NCBI GenBank assembly: GCA_032128115.1
Contig: JAQBHB010000049.1
Coordinates: forward strand, 1-29,014
Direction of reading: 5' to 3'
DNA length: 29,014 bases
DNA from: Deltaproteobacteria bacterium
GTDB taxonomy: Bacteria; Myxococcota_A; UBA9160; SMWR01
The notes below the pieces were generated by a model. That model was not told where the DNA came from. It did not search any database and worked only from the letters and a program-made list of their open reading frames with translations. Position 1 is the first letter of the stretch. Each line of letters begins with the position of its first letter. A program made the position numbers and the translations under genes. Shown in pieces: positions 27,853 to 29,014 of this stretch.

Positions 27853-29014
27853 ATGAGCGAGTCCGTGGAACGCGAGAGCATGCAAGTCGATGTCCTCTAC
27901 GTGGGGGCCGGCCCGGCCACCCTGGGCTCGGCGCTCCACTTGATGAATCAGGTCGAGGCTTTCAACCGCGATGCGGAGAAGCACGGGCGCCAACCCATCG
28001 AGCCGCCCACGGTGCTGGTGCTCGAAAAGGGCGCCAATGTGGGCGACCACATGCTCTCGGGCGCGTGCATGAATCCCAAAGCGCTGCTCGAGCTGGTACC
28101 CGACTTCGAGAGCCAGGGCTTCCCCACCGAATACATCTGCAACTATGCGGGCTTCTGGATCTTCCATCCCCGGGGCCGCCTGAAGCTCCCGGCACCGCCC
28201 AATTTCAGGAAGAAGGGCTACCACGTGGTATCGCTGAGCAACGTGGCCAAGTGGATGGCCGAGCGTTGCGAGTCGGCGGGCGTCGACATCTACCCGGGTT
28301 TCGCCGGCGATCAGCTGCTCGTCGAGGGCGGCCGGGTGGTGGGCGTGCGCACTGGCGACATGGGCGTCGGCAAGGACGGCAAGCCCAAGGACACCTTCCA
28401 GCCGGGAATGGACATCTTCGCCAGGGTCACGGTCCTGGGGGAAGGCGTTCGAGGCAGCCTCTCCAAACAGCTGATCGATCGCTTCGATCTGGCCGGATCC
28501 AATCCCCAGAACTTCGAGACAGGCATCAAGGAGATCTGGCGGATCGACCCGAAGAAGCACGTGCCCGGGCGCGTCGTCCACGGTTTCTCGTTTCCCGAGA
28601 TCCTGAAGCGTTTCCACGGGATGTGGCTCTACGACATGAAGGACAACCTGGTGTCGTACGGGTTCGTGACGATCCTGGATGCGGAGAATCCGAACTGCGA
28701 TCCGCATCTGGAGGCCCAGAAATTCAAGACCACGCCGTGGATGAAGTGGCTGCTGGAAGGCGCCGAGCTGGTGCGTTACGGCGCCAAGGCCATCCCCACC
28801 GGCGGCCTCTACGCCCAGCCCAAGCTCTACACCGACGGGGCGATGCTGGTGGGCGACTCGGCCAGCATGTGCAACGCGCAGAACCTGGCGGGCATCCACA
28901 TGGCGATCAAGACGGGGATGCTCGCAGCGGAAACCATCGTCGATGCGCTGGCGGCTCAAGATTTCAGTGCGAAGACACTCGGCGGGTACACCGAGCGCTT
29001 CCGCAGGAGCTGGG
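27853..29014 (+). CDS. Electron transfer flavoprotein-quinone oxidoreductase (ETF-QO/FixC family), 3' end runs off the window
   Basis: Not in the ORF track. ATG 27853 after AGGAGG; ERESMQVDVLYVGAGPA (FAD-binding), VLEKGANVGDHMLSGACMNP, GVDIYPGFAG, GVRTGDMGVGKDG.PK..FQPG, YGAKAIPTGG, LVGDSA, GIHMAIKTGMLAAE. Confidence 0.93.
   Translation, partial: MSESVERESMQVDVLYVGAGPATLGSALHLMNQVEAFNRDAEKHGRQPIEPPTVLVLEKGANVGDHMLSGACMNPKALLELVPDFESQGFPTEYICNYAGFWIFHPRGRLKLPAPPNFRKKGYHVVSLSNVAKWMAERCESAGVDIYPGFAGDQLLVEGGRVVGVRTGDMGVGKDGKPKDTFQPGMDIFARVTVLGEGVRGSLSKQLIDRFDLAGSNPQNFETGIKEIWRIDPKKHVPGRVVHGFSFPEILKRFHGMWLYDMKDNLVSYGFVTILDAENPNCDPHLEAQKFKTTPWMKWLLEGAELVRYGAKAIPTGGLYAQPKLYTDGAMLVGDSASMCNAQNLAGIHMAIKTGMLAAETIVDALAAQDFSAKTLGGYTERFRRSW

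Noticed and set aside
26575..28959. 794-aa minus-strand ORF as a single protein
   Set aside because: Its N-terminal ~475 aa is the antisense shadow of ETF-QO and the MFS fragment; only the part from ATG 27531 looks like real protein.

Overview
High-GC chromosomal window from a diderm bacterium. LolA, Lgt, a TIGR02266-like PilZ protein and the pgpA-cinA-thpR-recA gene order point to a Myxococcota/deltaproteobacterial lineage; this is inference, not a database result. Most genes are housekeeping: recA (partial), thpR, cinA, pgpA, ruvX, mltG, mreB, lolA, ftsK, ssb, radC, moaC, lgt and ETF-quinone oxidoreductase (partial). There is also an ECF sigma/anti-sigma pair, an SLT, a lysophospholipase, an orphan PAS histidine kinase, two hypothetical proteins and a truncated MFS fragment. 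The standout is a complete, compact Pup-proteasome operon on the minus strand (arc-dop-pup-prcB-prcA-pafA, 6180-12826), a system mainly known from Actinobacteria and Nitrospirota. The catalytic motifs checked are intact. The Pup is unusual: 89 aa, an N-terminal extension, 11 Lys, ending GGE. A near-consensus sigma54 -24/-12 promoter lies about 60 bp upstream of arc, plus a distal sigma70-like promoter in an ~800 bp intergenic region, suggesting the system has been wired into enhancer-dependent regulation. Several short tandem duplications and candidate leaderless promoters are also visible.
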